DNA of 64,000 bases, from contig NW_024704743.1 of NCBI RefSeq assembly GCF_018977255.1, positions 79,300,001 through 79,364,000 of the forward strand. Direction: 5' to 3'. This document shows, piece by piece, positions 11,881 through 23,782 of the stretch. Each line of letters begins with the position of its first letter. Position 1 is the first letter of the stretch. The notes beneath the pieces are model-generated. The model was not told where the DNA came from. It worked only from the letters and a program-made list of their open reading frames with translations, and did not search any database. Both the position numbers and the translations under genes were made by a program. The DNA is from Callorhinchus milii. Lineage: Eukaryota.

Positions 11881-12355
11881 GTAAGAACGTAAGAATGTAA
11901 GAATTTGCAAGGTGAACGAAGACTAAGGTCCATCTAGTTCGCCTTCCAACATCCTGGCAGTTGCTTGACATGTCGTGTCCCAAACTCTATACTGTAACCT
12001 GAGATAATATTTTCTAGCAGAAATTTATCTAATTTGTTCTTGAAACAAATGTCATTTTCTGCTTCCACTGTCTCCCAAGGGAGCCTGTTCCATAAGTTTA
12101 CTTCTTGGTCACTGAAATAGTGTTTTTGCAGATTTATTCTCAATTTACCCCCCTTCAATCGCAGGCCGTGTCCTCTGGTTCTACTGTTCAGTACCAGATA
12201 AAACAGCTTTTCATGGTCTACATTATCTATTCCCTTCAGAATCTTAAAGACTTCAATCATATCGCCCCTCAACCTTCTCTTCTACAGTGTGAAAATGCCC
12301 AGTTTATCTAATCGCTCCTTGTAGTCCAGTCCCTCCATCCCTCAATCATCCCATT
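11881..12355 (-). mobile_element. CR1 LINE 3' fragment
   Basis: ORF 11934-12272 (RGDMIEVFKILKG...RTRGHGLRL...VNLWNRLP) is the typical CR1 ORF2 C-terminus; 8-bp-period tail (TAAGAACGTAAGAATGTAAGAA) at 11882. Confidence 0.92.
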
Positions 12356-12849
12356 CTTTGAGATTGTTTTTATATTCATTTTGTTCTGCTTTGTTTGTGA
12401 TTCAAATGGCTTTAAAGGATTGCTGTACCATTCCTATTTCCAAGAAATATAGTTTTTCTCATCATTCTGTTTTATTTTACCCTCTTAATCCAAATTCAAG
12501 CTAATTGGCTACTCATCTCATTGTTAATGGCATGTTGAGGCCATCGATGAGCTATCAGGATTTCTACTAAAACGCATCATCACTGGGGTAAAACTACCTT
12601 GTTTTCATTTCTGAGCAGTTTTATTTTGGAAAGTGCCTAGATTTTTTATAGGATGGGAAGTGTTATATAAAAACATAAATGCAAATCATTTTTTATAATT
12701 TCCCCCATCGCAAGTTCACTTGTATCCATGACGTACCTTCTACTTTTAAAAGCTACATATGAAAAGTCGAAGGTGCAAAGGCATTTGCCAACATTGAATG
12801 AGGAGTCCAGGATGACGTTCCTATACAGTGGTGGGGGGGTTGCCACCCT

Positions 12850-13117
12850 TTGGATAAAATTTTAAACCGAGGTCCCGTTTGCCTGTTCAGTAGATGTTAA
12901 AAGATTATATGGCATAATTGACAACAATCCCCCAGAAAAAAATGGTATTCACCTCTTGGTTGTTTGTGGAATATTAGTGTATGCAAATTGTCTGTTGCTT
13001 TTGCCTGCAAATACACAATGACTACATTTCACAGTAAAATCCTGTAAAACACTTTTGGGATGCCCTTCTGATGTGAAATGGCAAGGATCAAATGCAAGGA
13101 TTATAGGATTATTATTT
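12850..13117 (+). mobile_element. Degenerate older SINE (Deu-domain-like) with L2-type tail
   Basis: TAAACCGAGGTCCCGTTTGCCTGTTCAGTAGATGTTAAAAGAT...GTTTGTGGA...GCAAATTG motif recurs at about 33800, 39550 and 52490; ends AAATGCAAGGATTAT. Family name is from recall. Confidence 0.6.
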
Positions 13118-13365
13118 TAAGTTTACATTTAGGATTGACCATCCCAGGAATATACTGTATACATTGAATTTGTGTTATAACATTTTTGCGGCCTTCTCTG
13201 ATGGATAGAAATAAACACATCAGAAATCTTTAGTTTGAATGATTCTTCAGTAAAGTCTGAGGACGTGCATTTCATCCAAATAGAAAAATGTAGTTCAGAT
13301 GCTCATGGAATAGTTGTTAGAAGATGAGTGCCAGATCCTCTGATATCCTAATGGCCACATATATA

Positions 13366-13675
13366 TAATAATAATAATCCTTGCATTTGGTATAGCGCTT
13401 TTCACGTCGGGAGGACGTCCCAAAACGCTTCACAGAACACACTGTAAAGTGAATTGACTGTATATTTGTGGGCGAATGCGGCAGCCAATTGCGCACAGCA
13501 ATGTCCCACAAACAGTCGTAGATTGAAAATGACCAATTTATTGTTGTTTTTGGAGGGATTATTATTAGGCGTGTGGAGTAAGGAAACTTGCCCAAGGTTT
13601 CGCCCTCTGCCTGGAATTGAACTCAGGTCTCTCGCTTGCAAAGCGAGTGCTCTAACCACTGAGCTGCAGGACTCC
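13366..13675 (-). mobile_element. Full-length tRNA-derived SINE (tRNA-Ala(TGC)-like head, L2-like 3' tail)
   Basis: Reverse complement begins GGAGTCCTGCAGCTCAGTGGTTAGAGC (A box), then CTCGC-TTTGCAA-GCGAG (anticodon-like arm) and GAGTTCAATTCC (B box), then the body and an (ATT)n tail. Many homologues in the window. Confidence 0.93.
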
Positions 13676-14554
13676 TAATTACTAATTACTTACTACTAAT
13701 TGTTATCCAGCAACTCCTGCTTACAAGGTGTACATGTGTGGACTTTGGAAAATGTCAAGATTAGGCTTGCTATAGTTTTCTTTCTTTCTCCACCTCCAGC
13801 GTTGAGTATCCACTTTCAAAGCTCACACACAATTATTGGCCACTTTGGTCAGGTTCTGGTGACTCCATAGAATCATATCTCAGTAGAAAAGTCAAAAATG
13901 CTTTCAGGAAGATTAAAACAATTTGAATGAGAAAAAAACTCATGATGGAAAAATGATCAGTGTCCCCAGACAAATTGTGGCAAAAATTCTTGTCTAAAAT
14001 CTCCTTCTGAATTTTTATGGAGCCTTTCCACTAAGAATTTATATTTCTTTTTCAAAACCTACTAACTTTAAAATTGTTAAATGTCAAAATATATTTCCTT
14101 GGGTGATCAAGCATTCAGGTAATCTTTTGTTTATTGTAGTTACTGAGTTGAGCACTGAGGATTGTGAAAGTAGTCTATGACGACTTTCTGATTTGGAAGT
14201 GACTAACCTCATTTGATGCCTTTCATTATGCCATTACTGATGTAAGAAGCTAGTTGCACAGATAATACCATGAACCACACCTTGTTGTGCAATACAGCAG
14301 TACAATGGCAGTATCTGCACACTTGTATCTCATAACTAAGGAGTCCCCTGAGACTGTCAGTGACTGAGAAAAGCCCATATTTAATCTTGAGGTTTAACTT
14401 TAATTTTGGTCTCTTTAAAAATTAGTTCATTGCCATGAAAATGGGGAAACTCCAACCAAACGCTAGATTTTTTTAAAATGTAGTTGGCACTATCAAGCCT
14501 ACAGCTGCAAGTGAAACTTTGTCTTTTCTAGTGTGTTGGATGACAGTGGTGGGG

Positions 14555-15276
14555 GTGTGCAAATTAGGCATGAGGTTCGATCCCCAGCTTTTCTTTCTAC
14601 GCCATATCCGTTCCCTGACTAGGACCGCTTTATTCCAACCCCATCAGATTGCCCGCTTCCGTCCGTACCCCACCACAAACCAGCTGAAATCCTTGGCCAT
14701 GCCTTCGTCACTTCCCGGCTGGACTATTCCAATGCTCTTGTCTCTTGTCTCCCCAACTCCACTTTACAGAAAATCCAATTAATTCAAAATTCCGCCACCC
14801 GGATACTCACCTGCACAAAATTTCGTACCTCCATCACACCAGTCCTTGCGAGGCTCCACTGGCTCTCAATTACTGAACGGATTGATTTCAAGATCCTGTT
14901 ACTCGTTTTCAAGTCGCTTCATTCCCTTGCACTTCCCTTCCTATCCGATCTGCTTACTCCCCACTCTATGACCTGCTGCCTCCGCTCGGCTGGCTCCAGC
15001 TTCTTATTTGTCCCTCGTGCCCTCCATTCCACCATTGGTGGCTGTGCCTTCAGCCACTATGCCCCGAAACTCCGAAATTCTCTCCTTCAGTCCCTCCGCC
15101 TTGCACCCTCTCTCCCCACCTTCAAATCCCGCCAAAAGACCTTCCTCTTTGATCGTGCTTACTGTCACCTCTCTCCTCCCTATCCCCTGGCTCGTTGTCA
15201 GACTCCGCCACTGTCAAGCGCTTCTGGATGCTACCCCACATGAAGGGCACGATATAAATGCATGTTGTTGTTGTTG
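14555..15276 (+). mobile_element. L2 LINE 3' fragment (disrupted ORF2)
   Basis: LGMRFDPQLFFLRHIRSLTRTA and TIGGCAFSHYAPKLRNSL...FKSRQKTFLF are L2 ORF2 C-terminal motifs; ends ATAAATGCATGTTGTTGTTGTTG. Confidence 0.92.
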
Positions 15277-15773
15277 GATGATTATAGCATTTTGTTTTAA
15301 ATCAGTTTGACTGTTTATTTTGATATGTTTCCCTCATAAGCAAACTATTGTAATTTTAACATAAAATAATGAATTAATTATGCGCAAGTGCATGTACCAT
15401 TTCAGTGAAGTTTCAGCTCTTAAAAATAACATTATAAAGCTTTGATATTGCAATTTTTACATGACAATGTGGCTTACAATTTAAATTTTTTCCCCCCCCT
15501 TTCTGTGGGTATCTGTCTGCTTAATAAACAGCAATTTCAGGTGATTATATAAATGAGTTTCCAGGCACTTCAAAAAGAGAAACGGGAACATTTCCTGTTT
15601 CTGTTTTTTATATTAACTGTTTCCTTGTTTTCAGTGAATATTTCCTTGTTCTACCCTTTAGGAGTTCCCCATTTTACATGAACTACTTTTATAAACTTGC
15701 AGACATGTTTTTTGTAGGGTCCATAGTTATATACTGTTGTCATTAAAAGTACTTGCACGATGTCCAATAATTA

Positions 15774-15849
15774 GATAATAAAAATCTTTGCATTTGATAT
15801 AGTGTATTTCACATTGGTGGGACATCTCAAAGAACTTCACAGGATATAC
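15774..15849 (-). mobile_element. SINE 3' tail fragment abutting the L2 tail
   Basis: ATCTTTGCATTTGATATAGTG...GACATCTCAAAGAACTTCACAGGATATAC matches the reverse SINE tail. Confidence 0.75.
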
Positions 15850-15853
15850 AATA

Positions 15854-16630
15854 AACAACAACAAGAAAATTACACTTACATGTCGGGAGGACACCCCAAG
15901 GCACTGGACAGACAGAGTTACGCACCCGAACTGAGGGTCGGGGTAGGGGAGTGGGGAGGACAGGGGGGTAAGCAGGGAGATCGAAAGCACGGTTCAAGAG
16001 GAGAGTCTTGAGGTGGGTCTTGAAGGTGAAGAGGGAGGGGACGAAACGGAGGGACTGCAGGATGGAGTTCCAGAAGATGGGTGCAGAAGGCCCGCCCACC
16101 GATAGTGGTGCGAGCAAGGCGGGGGACATGAAGCAGGCCAGAGCCCGCTGAGTCGAGGGAGCGAACAGGATGGTAGAGAGTTAGGAGGTCGGAGAGGTAA
16201 TGGGGGGAGCAAGACCACGGAGGGCTTGAACTGTATCCTCTGTGTGATGGGAAGCCAATGGAGTTGGGCAAGAATGGGGCTGATAGGGCCGTGGAGCCTG
16301 GTGCGGGAGAGGACACGGGCTGCAGAGTTCTGGATGATCTGCAGCCCGTGGAGGGAGGAGTTGGGGAGGCCGACAAGCAGTGAGTTTGCATAGTCGAGCC
16401 TCGATGTAATGAAGTGTTTGAAGGTTTCGGCGGCCTGTGGTGTGAGACAGTGTCGGAGCCGGGCGACGTTGTGGAGGTGGGGGAAGGCAGAGCGGGTCAT
16501 AGCGCGGATATGGGGTAGAAAGGATAGTTGAGGATCAAACAAGACCCCAAGGTTCTGGACTGGCTTAGCAAAATGGAGTGTCCAACCATGGATGGTGATG
16601 CTGTCAGCCCCTGAGGTGAGGAGGCATTGA
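15854..16630 (-). mobile_element. L2 LINE 3' fragment
   Basis: ORF 15994-16731 contains VQNLGVLFDPQLSFLPHI...ITSRLDYANSLLVGLP...LQIIQNSAARVL...LHWLPI; (CAA)n tail at 15854. Confidence 0.93.
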
Positions 16631-17989
16631 CAGGAGCCAATCAGGAGACCCTCGATCTTGCTGAAAGTGTAGTGACTGTATTTTGCAGGTGAATGCATCA
16701 GCCCAAAATCTGTGGAATCTCTAATGTCCACCTAATTGGCCACATGGAATTTCGGTTTACTGGTTTATCTGAAGAACGACACCTCTGAGAATGCAGTACT
16801 CTCCCAGTGTCATTCTAGACTATGGTACCAGTGAATTATATTTGTGAGCAGATGTGGATCTTATACCCAACATTTTACAAATATTTGAAACTCGTAGTGC
16901 TTAAGGTGCTCAAAACTCAGTTGAAGGCTCAAAGTATCTCTCAATCTTAGATTGTAAGACCCTTTTGTCTTATTTAAGAGAAAATTGTGGAAAATTCTTA
17001 AATTCAGTCTTAATTCAGACACTAAGACAAAAGAGAAGAGAGTTTCTCCTGACATTCTGATGAATAGTCATCAGAGATATTGTTCATTTTGCCAGTGTAT
17101 TCACTAACATTTGCTATACATGTCCGACGTATTTCAGTATTATTGGTGCTACCTTTTTTGATTATTGATCTTATTTAGCGCCTTGTATACCTCTGTATAG
17201 TTCAGTTGTCTCCTTAGATGTTTCATTTGAGGTTAAAGGGCACTTGCTGGTTGTTCATTTACTCTGGATGAGTCTTGTTGCTTTCAACTGTACTGCCTGG
17301 TCAGGTTGGCAAGAACTTTATGTGGCATTCCCTGGTACAACCTTATCATTGTACTGTATAGCATGAGTGTAACTTCTGTGAATCTTAACAAATTTAGCAA
17401 TCTAGCAGGGAATTTGATTTGCCTTCTTAATTGCTGCATCACCATTTTGGACATGGTGAGAAATAAGTTATACTACCATAGTAAATGTCTCTCCTAGACG
17501 TTTACTTCTAGGTAATGCTTTTTATTTAGCTGTTTCTAACTATTTTCTATTGATGCTCCCAATGTATGTTATGTTCAGCTTTCTTTGTAAGATATTGGTG
17601 GTTACCATAAATTGCAACTTCTATGAAACAAAAAANGAAACGGGAGGGGTCCCAGCACAAACTTCTGACTCTCTTTCCTCTTTGTTTTTCCCCTTCCCTC
17701 CATTTCAACCTAGCTCTCCTCTTCCTATCATCTAGTTACTGTTCCTCACACATTTCTTACCCTTAATACAAGGGAACCATGTTACACCAATGAAGGAAGT
17801 GGCGTTTTGCACCTCTGGCTTATAATGCAGACACTGAGACATTGGATCCAATCCACTGCAAAATGCAAACAATATTATATAGTGCGTTTTCCTACGTATC
17901 CCGTGACCAATTTGTAAAGGAGTTTCTCTGGTGGGACTCTGTGAAATACAGTACCTTGTGAAAATTGAGGTACACTATTGTACTGTCAA

Positions 17990-18230
17990 TTTTGGGATGC
18001 CATTGCAAAAAAAAATGCTGATGTTTGTCAGGCAAGATTTACCCCCTTTTTTGAAGTTGTGAGAACTGCCATTTATTTGGTCATTTTCATATAGTTGATG
18101 TTCCATTTTGTTTCTATTGACTGATAGGTCTAGGGTTTCCATGTCACTTGTGCAAATGTGATTCCCATAATTAATTTCCAATTTTTTGGAAACCCCAGTT
18201 TTCATGGATTCCCTCAAAGTATTCTAGTTT
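17990..18230 (-). mobile_element. Highly degenerate CR1 RT fragment
   Basis: ORF 17975-18217 contains SSHNFKKGGKSCLTN, which resembles CR1 RT QHGFxKGKSCLTNL. Confidence 0.45.
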
Positions 18231-18627
18231 GGGCTAATTTTTATAATTTTTCCTGAGCTTCACAATAGCAGTCCTGCTGCTTGACTTGATTTTCCGCGAT
18301 GAGTTATTGGAACAGATTATCACAGTCTGCAGTTGTAAATTGGCTTGTGTGAGAAACATATTTGTCTGTATGGGTTTAAATATGCAGTTGTAGTCGACGT
18401 GTGATTTTATTTGCTTTCCTCAATCCATAGTCCTATCCTCTTGAATCTGGTGTTTATTATTGGTGATTTGTGTTTGCTTTGTGGGTTAATCCATTTAATC
18501 TACTTGGTTTTATTCTGTGTAGTCTGGCATGTGTTATGGTAATACACTAGTTAAAAAGGTTTTATTACATTACACTTACTAACATTTGGTTGGTTTGGCC
18601 AATTCCGAATAGTTTATTGTACCTTGA

Positions 18628-19043
18628 ATAACAACAACAACAAAATTACATTTGTATAGCGCCTTTCATGTCGGGAGGATATCCCAAGGCGCTGGACAGA
18701 CAGAGTTTCGGACCCGAGCTGGGGGTTAGGGTCAGGGAGAGTGGAGGGCAGCGGGGGGAAGCAGGGAGATCGAAAGCATAGTCGAAGAGGAGGATCTTGA
18801 GATGGGTCTTAAAAGTGGCAAGGAGGGGGCAAGGCAGAGGGACTGTAGAATGAAATTCCAGAGGGTGGGGGCAGGTGGCAGAAGGCCCGCCTGCCAATAG
18901 TGAAGCGGGCGAAGCGGGGGACGTGAAGCAGGCCGGAGCCCACTGAGTGGAGGGAACGAGCAGGATGGTAGGGGTTTAGGAGGTCGCAGAGGTAGGGGGG
19001 AGCAAGACCATGGAGGGCTTTGAAGGTGAGGACCAGAATCTTG
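18628..19043 (-). mobile_element. L2 LINE 3' fragment
   Basis: (CAA)n tail then TTACATTTGTATAGCGCCTTTCATGTCGGGAGG; colinear with the 15854-16630 and 48751-49790 copies. Confidence 0.92.
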
Positions 19044-20129
19044 GTTCAGGGATAACTTCATTATAGTACTTTGAAACCAGAAAGACTTCATAGAACCAAT
19101 TCTAAATGTATTATAGTACCGATGACCTAGGATCACTATGATGACAACAATGTTTATTTTTATAGTGACTTTCATTTAAGAAACTACTTGGAGGTACTTT
19201 ATATGGAAGATGTGGTACCCTGAGTAGGGTGAGGAGGAGAAGAGGCCAGAGGGAAGATAACTGAGGCAGTGGTCAAAATGATTGGTTTTTTTTGAGGATG
19301 AGAAGCAGTTTCACACAGTGAACCATAATTGAGTGTTGAGGTGGTGAAGGTGTGAATGAGGATTTCAGCAGTTGAGGTAGTGAGTGGAGATGAGCTATGT
19401 TTCAACTGTGAAGAAATGCAGCCTTGATAAGCACTGTGTGTAGGTCTGAAAGTGATCTGAGAATCATACATCATGGTTACTCATTGCCTTGATGAATTTA
19501 TGTTAACAACCATTGCTGTTGATTTGGTCAGAGATGGCAGTAAGAAAATGCTAACTGGTGTAGAACAGGATAGCTTCAGTTTTCTTCACCACAACTACTT
19601 GTACTTGTATAGTGTCTTAGATATAGTAGGAATATCTCAAAACCGCTTCACAGTGTTAGTGGAGATCACCGAGCAGGGAAAAAAGGAGGGGCAATTGTGA
19701 GTCTGTTGAACTTGCTTAAAGAGAGGATTTTAAAGAGGGTTTTGAAGGCAGGGAGAGTGGAACTAAAGGATTGAATGGGCAAATGGCTTCCAAGCCTTCA
19801 GCCATTCAGATGTGAGCTGCCTGCAAGAATAGTTTGGAATTGAGATTTCATTTGATTTTTCTCCAAATACTTAGAAGTGTCTTGTTTTGACTTGATCCTC
19901 CCTGTAGAAAAATGGCTGAGATTGTGAATTCAGTAATATGGGTGAATTAATTTGTATTCCATCAATATTGGGGCAGCTTTCTACCATCCTGTCACTCCAT
20001 CCCAGACTCTCCCACTTTGCCCTCTTCTTCCTGCCTTCAATACCCATTTCAAGATCTCTCCTCTTTGCCCCGCCCCACTGGAGGATAGTTGGTCAACCTC
20101 CGAGTTCATTAATACTCAGTGAATGGTTG

Positions 20130-20199
20130 TAATGTTGTTGTTCTCAGTGCCTTGGGACGTCCTCTCGACGTGAAAGGCGCTATACAAATGTTGTTGTTG
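20130..20199 (+). mobile_element. L2 3' tail fragment
   Basis: CAGTGCCTTGGGACGTCCTCTCGACGTGAAAGGCGCTATACAAATGTTGTTGTTG. Confidence 0.8.
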
Positions 20200-20503
20200 C
20201 TATGGATTCCCAAAATTGCACTGTAATAAACACATAATAATGTGGCTCTGTTGTGTATGTGGGGGAGGTACCACTAGTGACTTGTGATGAATATTGCTGG
20301 AATGTGGGGGTGGAGAGAGAGACAATAATTATGGTAGATTCAGGCAAAGCCCAATCTGACCATAAAACTAACTGCAAGTGCGTTCCCTGCGGGGATGAGC
20401 ATCCTAATACATTGACAGCAGCTATCTGCCAAAAGTGATTTTTCATCCATAGCAAAAACCCAAAATAACAGTGGCGTTCTGATTTTTATTGATGACTTAT
20501 TGT

Positions 20504-20842
20504 GGAGTCCTGTAGCTTAGTGGTTAGAGCACTCACCCTGCAAGCGAGAAGACATTGGTTCGTGACCTGGGCAGCGCAAAATGTTAGGCAAGTTTCCTTA
20601 CTCCACATGTTTCTGTTTACCTAGCAATAAGTAGAGATCCGGTTGTTAATCAATTGGCGGATCGCTTTTCCGAGGTTAATAATCCCCTCAAAAAAATAAT
20701 AATTTGGTTACTCAATCCACAAATGTTTGTGGGACACTGCTGTGCCCAATTGGCTGTTGCATTTCATCCACACAATAAACAGTTGATCCACTTTACAGTA
20801 TATTCTGTGAAGTGCTTTGAGACGACTCGAGGGCATAAGGTG
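20504..20842 (+). mobile_element. tRNA-derived SINE, long variant (about 65-bp extra internal segment), tail truncated
   Basis: Head GGAGTCCTGTAGCTTAGTGGTTAGAGCACTC; body matches 13366-13675 apart from an extra segment at about 20610-20676. Confidence 0.88.
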
Positions 20843-20849
20843 GTTTTAG

Positions 20850-21070
20850 CTTGTTAAACCTCAGCAGTACCTCAACACACACTCTGTGTCCCAAAGCATT
20901 TCCTCTTGCTAACCTGTGTCTAGTACTCTCCAGAATTAGGTTAAGAAGGATGCGTGCCGTCGGTGAGAGTGCATACTAAATTCCAAACATGGGAACATTT
21001 CCATGTATGTGTAAGTGATATACACATATGAAACTCTGATTTGGATGCTGGGTTTCTGCATGTCTCAGAC
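20850..21070 (+). repeat. Unclassified dispersed repeat family X, partial copy
   Basis: CAGCAGTACCTCAACACACACTCTG...CTCTTGCTAACCTGTG...GAATTAGGTTAAG...ATTTCCATGT aligns by eye to 39085-39320, 54070-54280 and the reverse of 27930-28350. Confidence 0.7.
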
Positions 21071-23639
21071 ATCTAACTGACCAAATAAAAGAGCTGGGTC
21101 GTGGTCTTCTCAATGTCCTCATAATAATTCAGTTCTCTCTCTCTTCCACCACCACCACCACCACCCTCACCCCAACTGAACATCTTGTTTTTGTACATTT
21201 GGTTATTCTGGTGTTCCAGAGTTCAAACTTCAAATATCCTACAAAATGTGTCATACACTTCAGTGCTCCTGATAAAATTTGACAATGGGAATGCATAGTA
21301 TTTCGTGCAAAGTCTAGTTGCAGTTAACTAGCTTCTGGCAAAACTACTTTTCTCATTTTGTTTTTCTCAAATTCAATCAATTTGGAGTCATTGTACAAAT
21401 ATAAGAGTAGTGGTAGAAATTGGTGTATAAAATTGGAAAAAACATTGTAGTGCAAAAATAAGTCTGGATTCTTAACTACTGTACTGGCTTCCTTCCACTT
21501 TATAAGATGAAATGTTGCAGAAATTGTGACTGTAATGTATTCTATTGCTCGGCACAATATGAAGAATCAGATTATACTCTATAATAAAGCACCGAATGGT
21601 TTATTTTCATAAACCTTAATCTTTGTAATTGATCCGATCTGTGTTGTCAATTGTGGACTGTAATTGAGAAAGATTTTTTAATGAAGATTAAACACTTTTA
21701 AAGATTGGCCACATTTTAATTTAAGATAAAACGCATCTGCTAACTTGGAAATGCAACATTTTCTGTCTGGTCTTTCTTGCTTCCTCTTCTGACACCATGC
21801 AAGCTTCCTTTTTTTTTGTGAGACAGGCTTGCAGTGAGGTCACTTTTACAGAAAAGAGGAAGCTGAGGAGAGCTACAAAGCAACAATCCACCTACACTAG
21901 CAGTAGCAGAAACTGCTAGCAGAGTTTGGGAGGTTTTTAGATCCATTTCAGAAGAATAACCAAAGTCACTTTAAACAATGATTAGTACTGAATTTTCTTT
22001 GTGTATTTGAGAAGGTCAGTAACAATTATTATAAATTTATTGGGCATATTAATGTAGGTATTGGGGAAAAAATTGGATTACAATTTCACTTTTGGGTTTA
22101 AATTTTTGTTTGAATTTATGAATACTGACTGTCATATTGTCATAGTTATGGATGTTTAATTGATAGTGTATTCCTAATTATACTCCAGACCTAGTTTAAC
22201 TCCTTTAAAAATGTTTAATTGTATGTTTTCATCAAAATCAAGCAGATATTTTGAATGAAGCCATCAAGAAAGATATACAACTGTATGAATCAAGAGTGCT
22301 TTTTGCGTTTAAGATTGCTTTAATTGTGTAGTAAATTATTTTAAAATGTTTGCTGTTGATGGACTTGCCTGACCTTCTGCCTGTGTGCAAACAGTTTGAA
22401 CATGTAACCAATACCTTAAAAACCTTAATAATGATGCTTTATCAAATTTTCACCAAACTTGGTAACCTGAATGACTTCCTCCTATTGGTCTCTGGATTCC
22501 TTTTTTAAAAATGGCTGTGGTGAACACTGTGTCTCTGTATGCATCTGCAAACACTGAAGTGAAAAATAACTGACATTGAAGATTGCACACACGCTTTGTC
22601 AAGGGAAACCTCTGTTGAAAATATCTATAAATATAGTGAAGTAGATGGATGATGTATTATAGAGAAATTTACAAGATGTATTTTCATATTCTCCACTATA
22701 AACTTTAATCTATGTGCAGGTGTAGACCGAGTTCTGGTTATTTTCAGAGTGATGTGAATGAATAGTATAGTGTTATACTGTCCGCATGTACCACATTCTG
22801 ATTAGACTAACCAGCTGTCGTTCACTTGTAGCTAACATAAATATGCATTTCTGTGATCATGGATTGTAAACTGTTCTGGTCATGATCAATGGGCAAGGGT
22901 ATGCATCTTTATTTTGGGTGCAAATACTCTGAATTGGAGGATTTTTCAATTGTTACAATGATTACGATGTGCGGGGCAATGGCAAGGAACATTAGGAATG
23001 TTGTAATTTTTTTAAATAAAAGAGGCCAACATCATACTATATATAGCAGAATAATTTGCCATTGTTCCAATCTTGCTAAACGCCCAAAGCAAGATTAAAT
23101 TAATTAACTTTACAATTGAAAGTTCATCTAAACAAAGATGAGATATTGTAGTGAGTCTTTAGAAAGGTAAGTCTATTTCAGGACCATTATTGCCAGGGTG
23201 CTTGGGAGCTGTGCAGTAAATTATGGAATTGCATCAAAAAAGACAGATTATTGGGGGATGGATTGAAGGTTCAGTCGAACAGTGGGAGCAAGTATATGTA
23301 GGACCACTGGATGTAGTATCTGTGGAAATTTCCTAAAAAATTGAGGAAATTGGACATGCAATAATAGAACAAAAAAGACGGATGCAATGCGGTCAGTGCT
23401 TGAGGCAGGCAGGTCCTCATATATTAAGATGTAGAAGAAATGTCACCTCCTTTCTAACCCAAATATTAAAACGAACAATTAATTAATTAGCATTGAACAC
23501 TGTGTGAAGCGATTTTGAGAAGACTCATTCGACCACTGACCAGAACAGCTTTTCTCTGTCACATTGGTTGCCTCCGCTCCTAATGCTGCTGAAATGTCCT
23601 CCTGACGTGAAAGGCGCTCTATTAATGAAATCATTCATG

Positions 23640-23782
23640 CCACTGGGACACTTATGTGCAATTGGCTGCTGCGTTTTGCCCACAACTATATAGTTAATTC
23701 ACTTTACAGTATATTCTGTGAAGCGCATTGAGACGTCGAGAAGATGTGAAAAGCGCTATATGAAATGCAAGGATTATTATTT
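23640..23782 (+). mobile_element. SINE 3' half
   Basis: GGGACACTTATGTGCAATTGGCTGCTGCG...TTCACTTTACAGTATATTCTGTGAAGCGC...AAATGCAAGGATTATTATT. Confidence 0.85.

Noticed and set aside
13600..13675. tRNA-Ala(TGC) gene
   Set aside because: The cloverleaf-like sequence is the head of a multi-copy SINE, continuous with the SINE body, with a degenerate T arm and acceptor stem.
17055..17140. Penelope-type hammerhead relic (TCTGATGAATAGTCATCAGA)
   Set aside because: No GAAA core; at most a very decayed remnant or a chance 8-bp hairpin.
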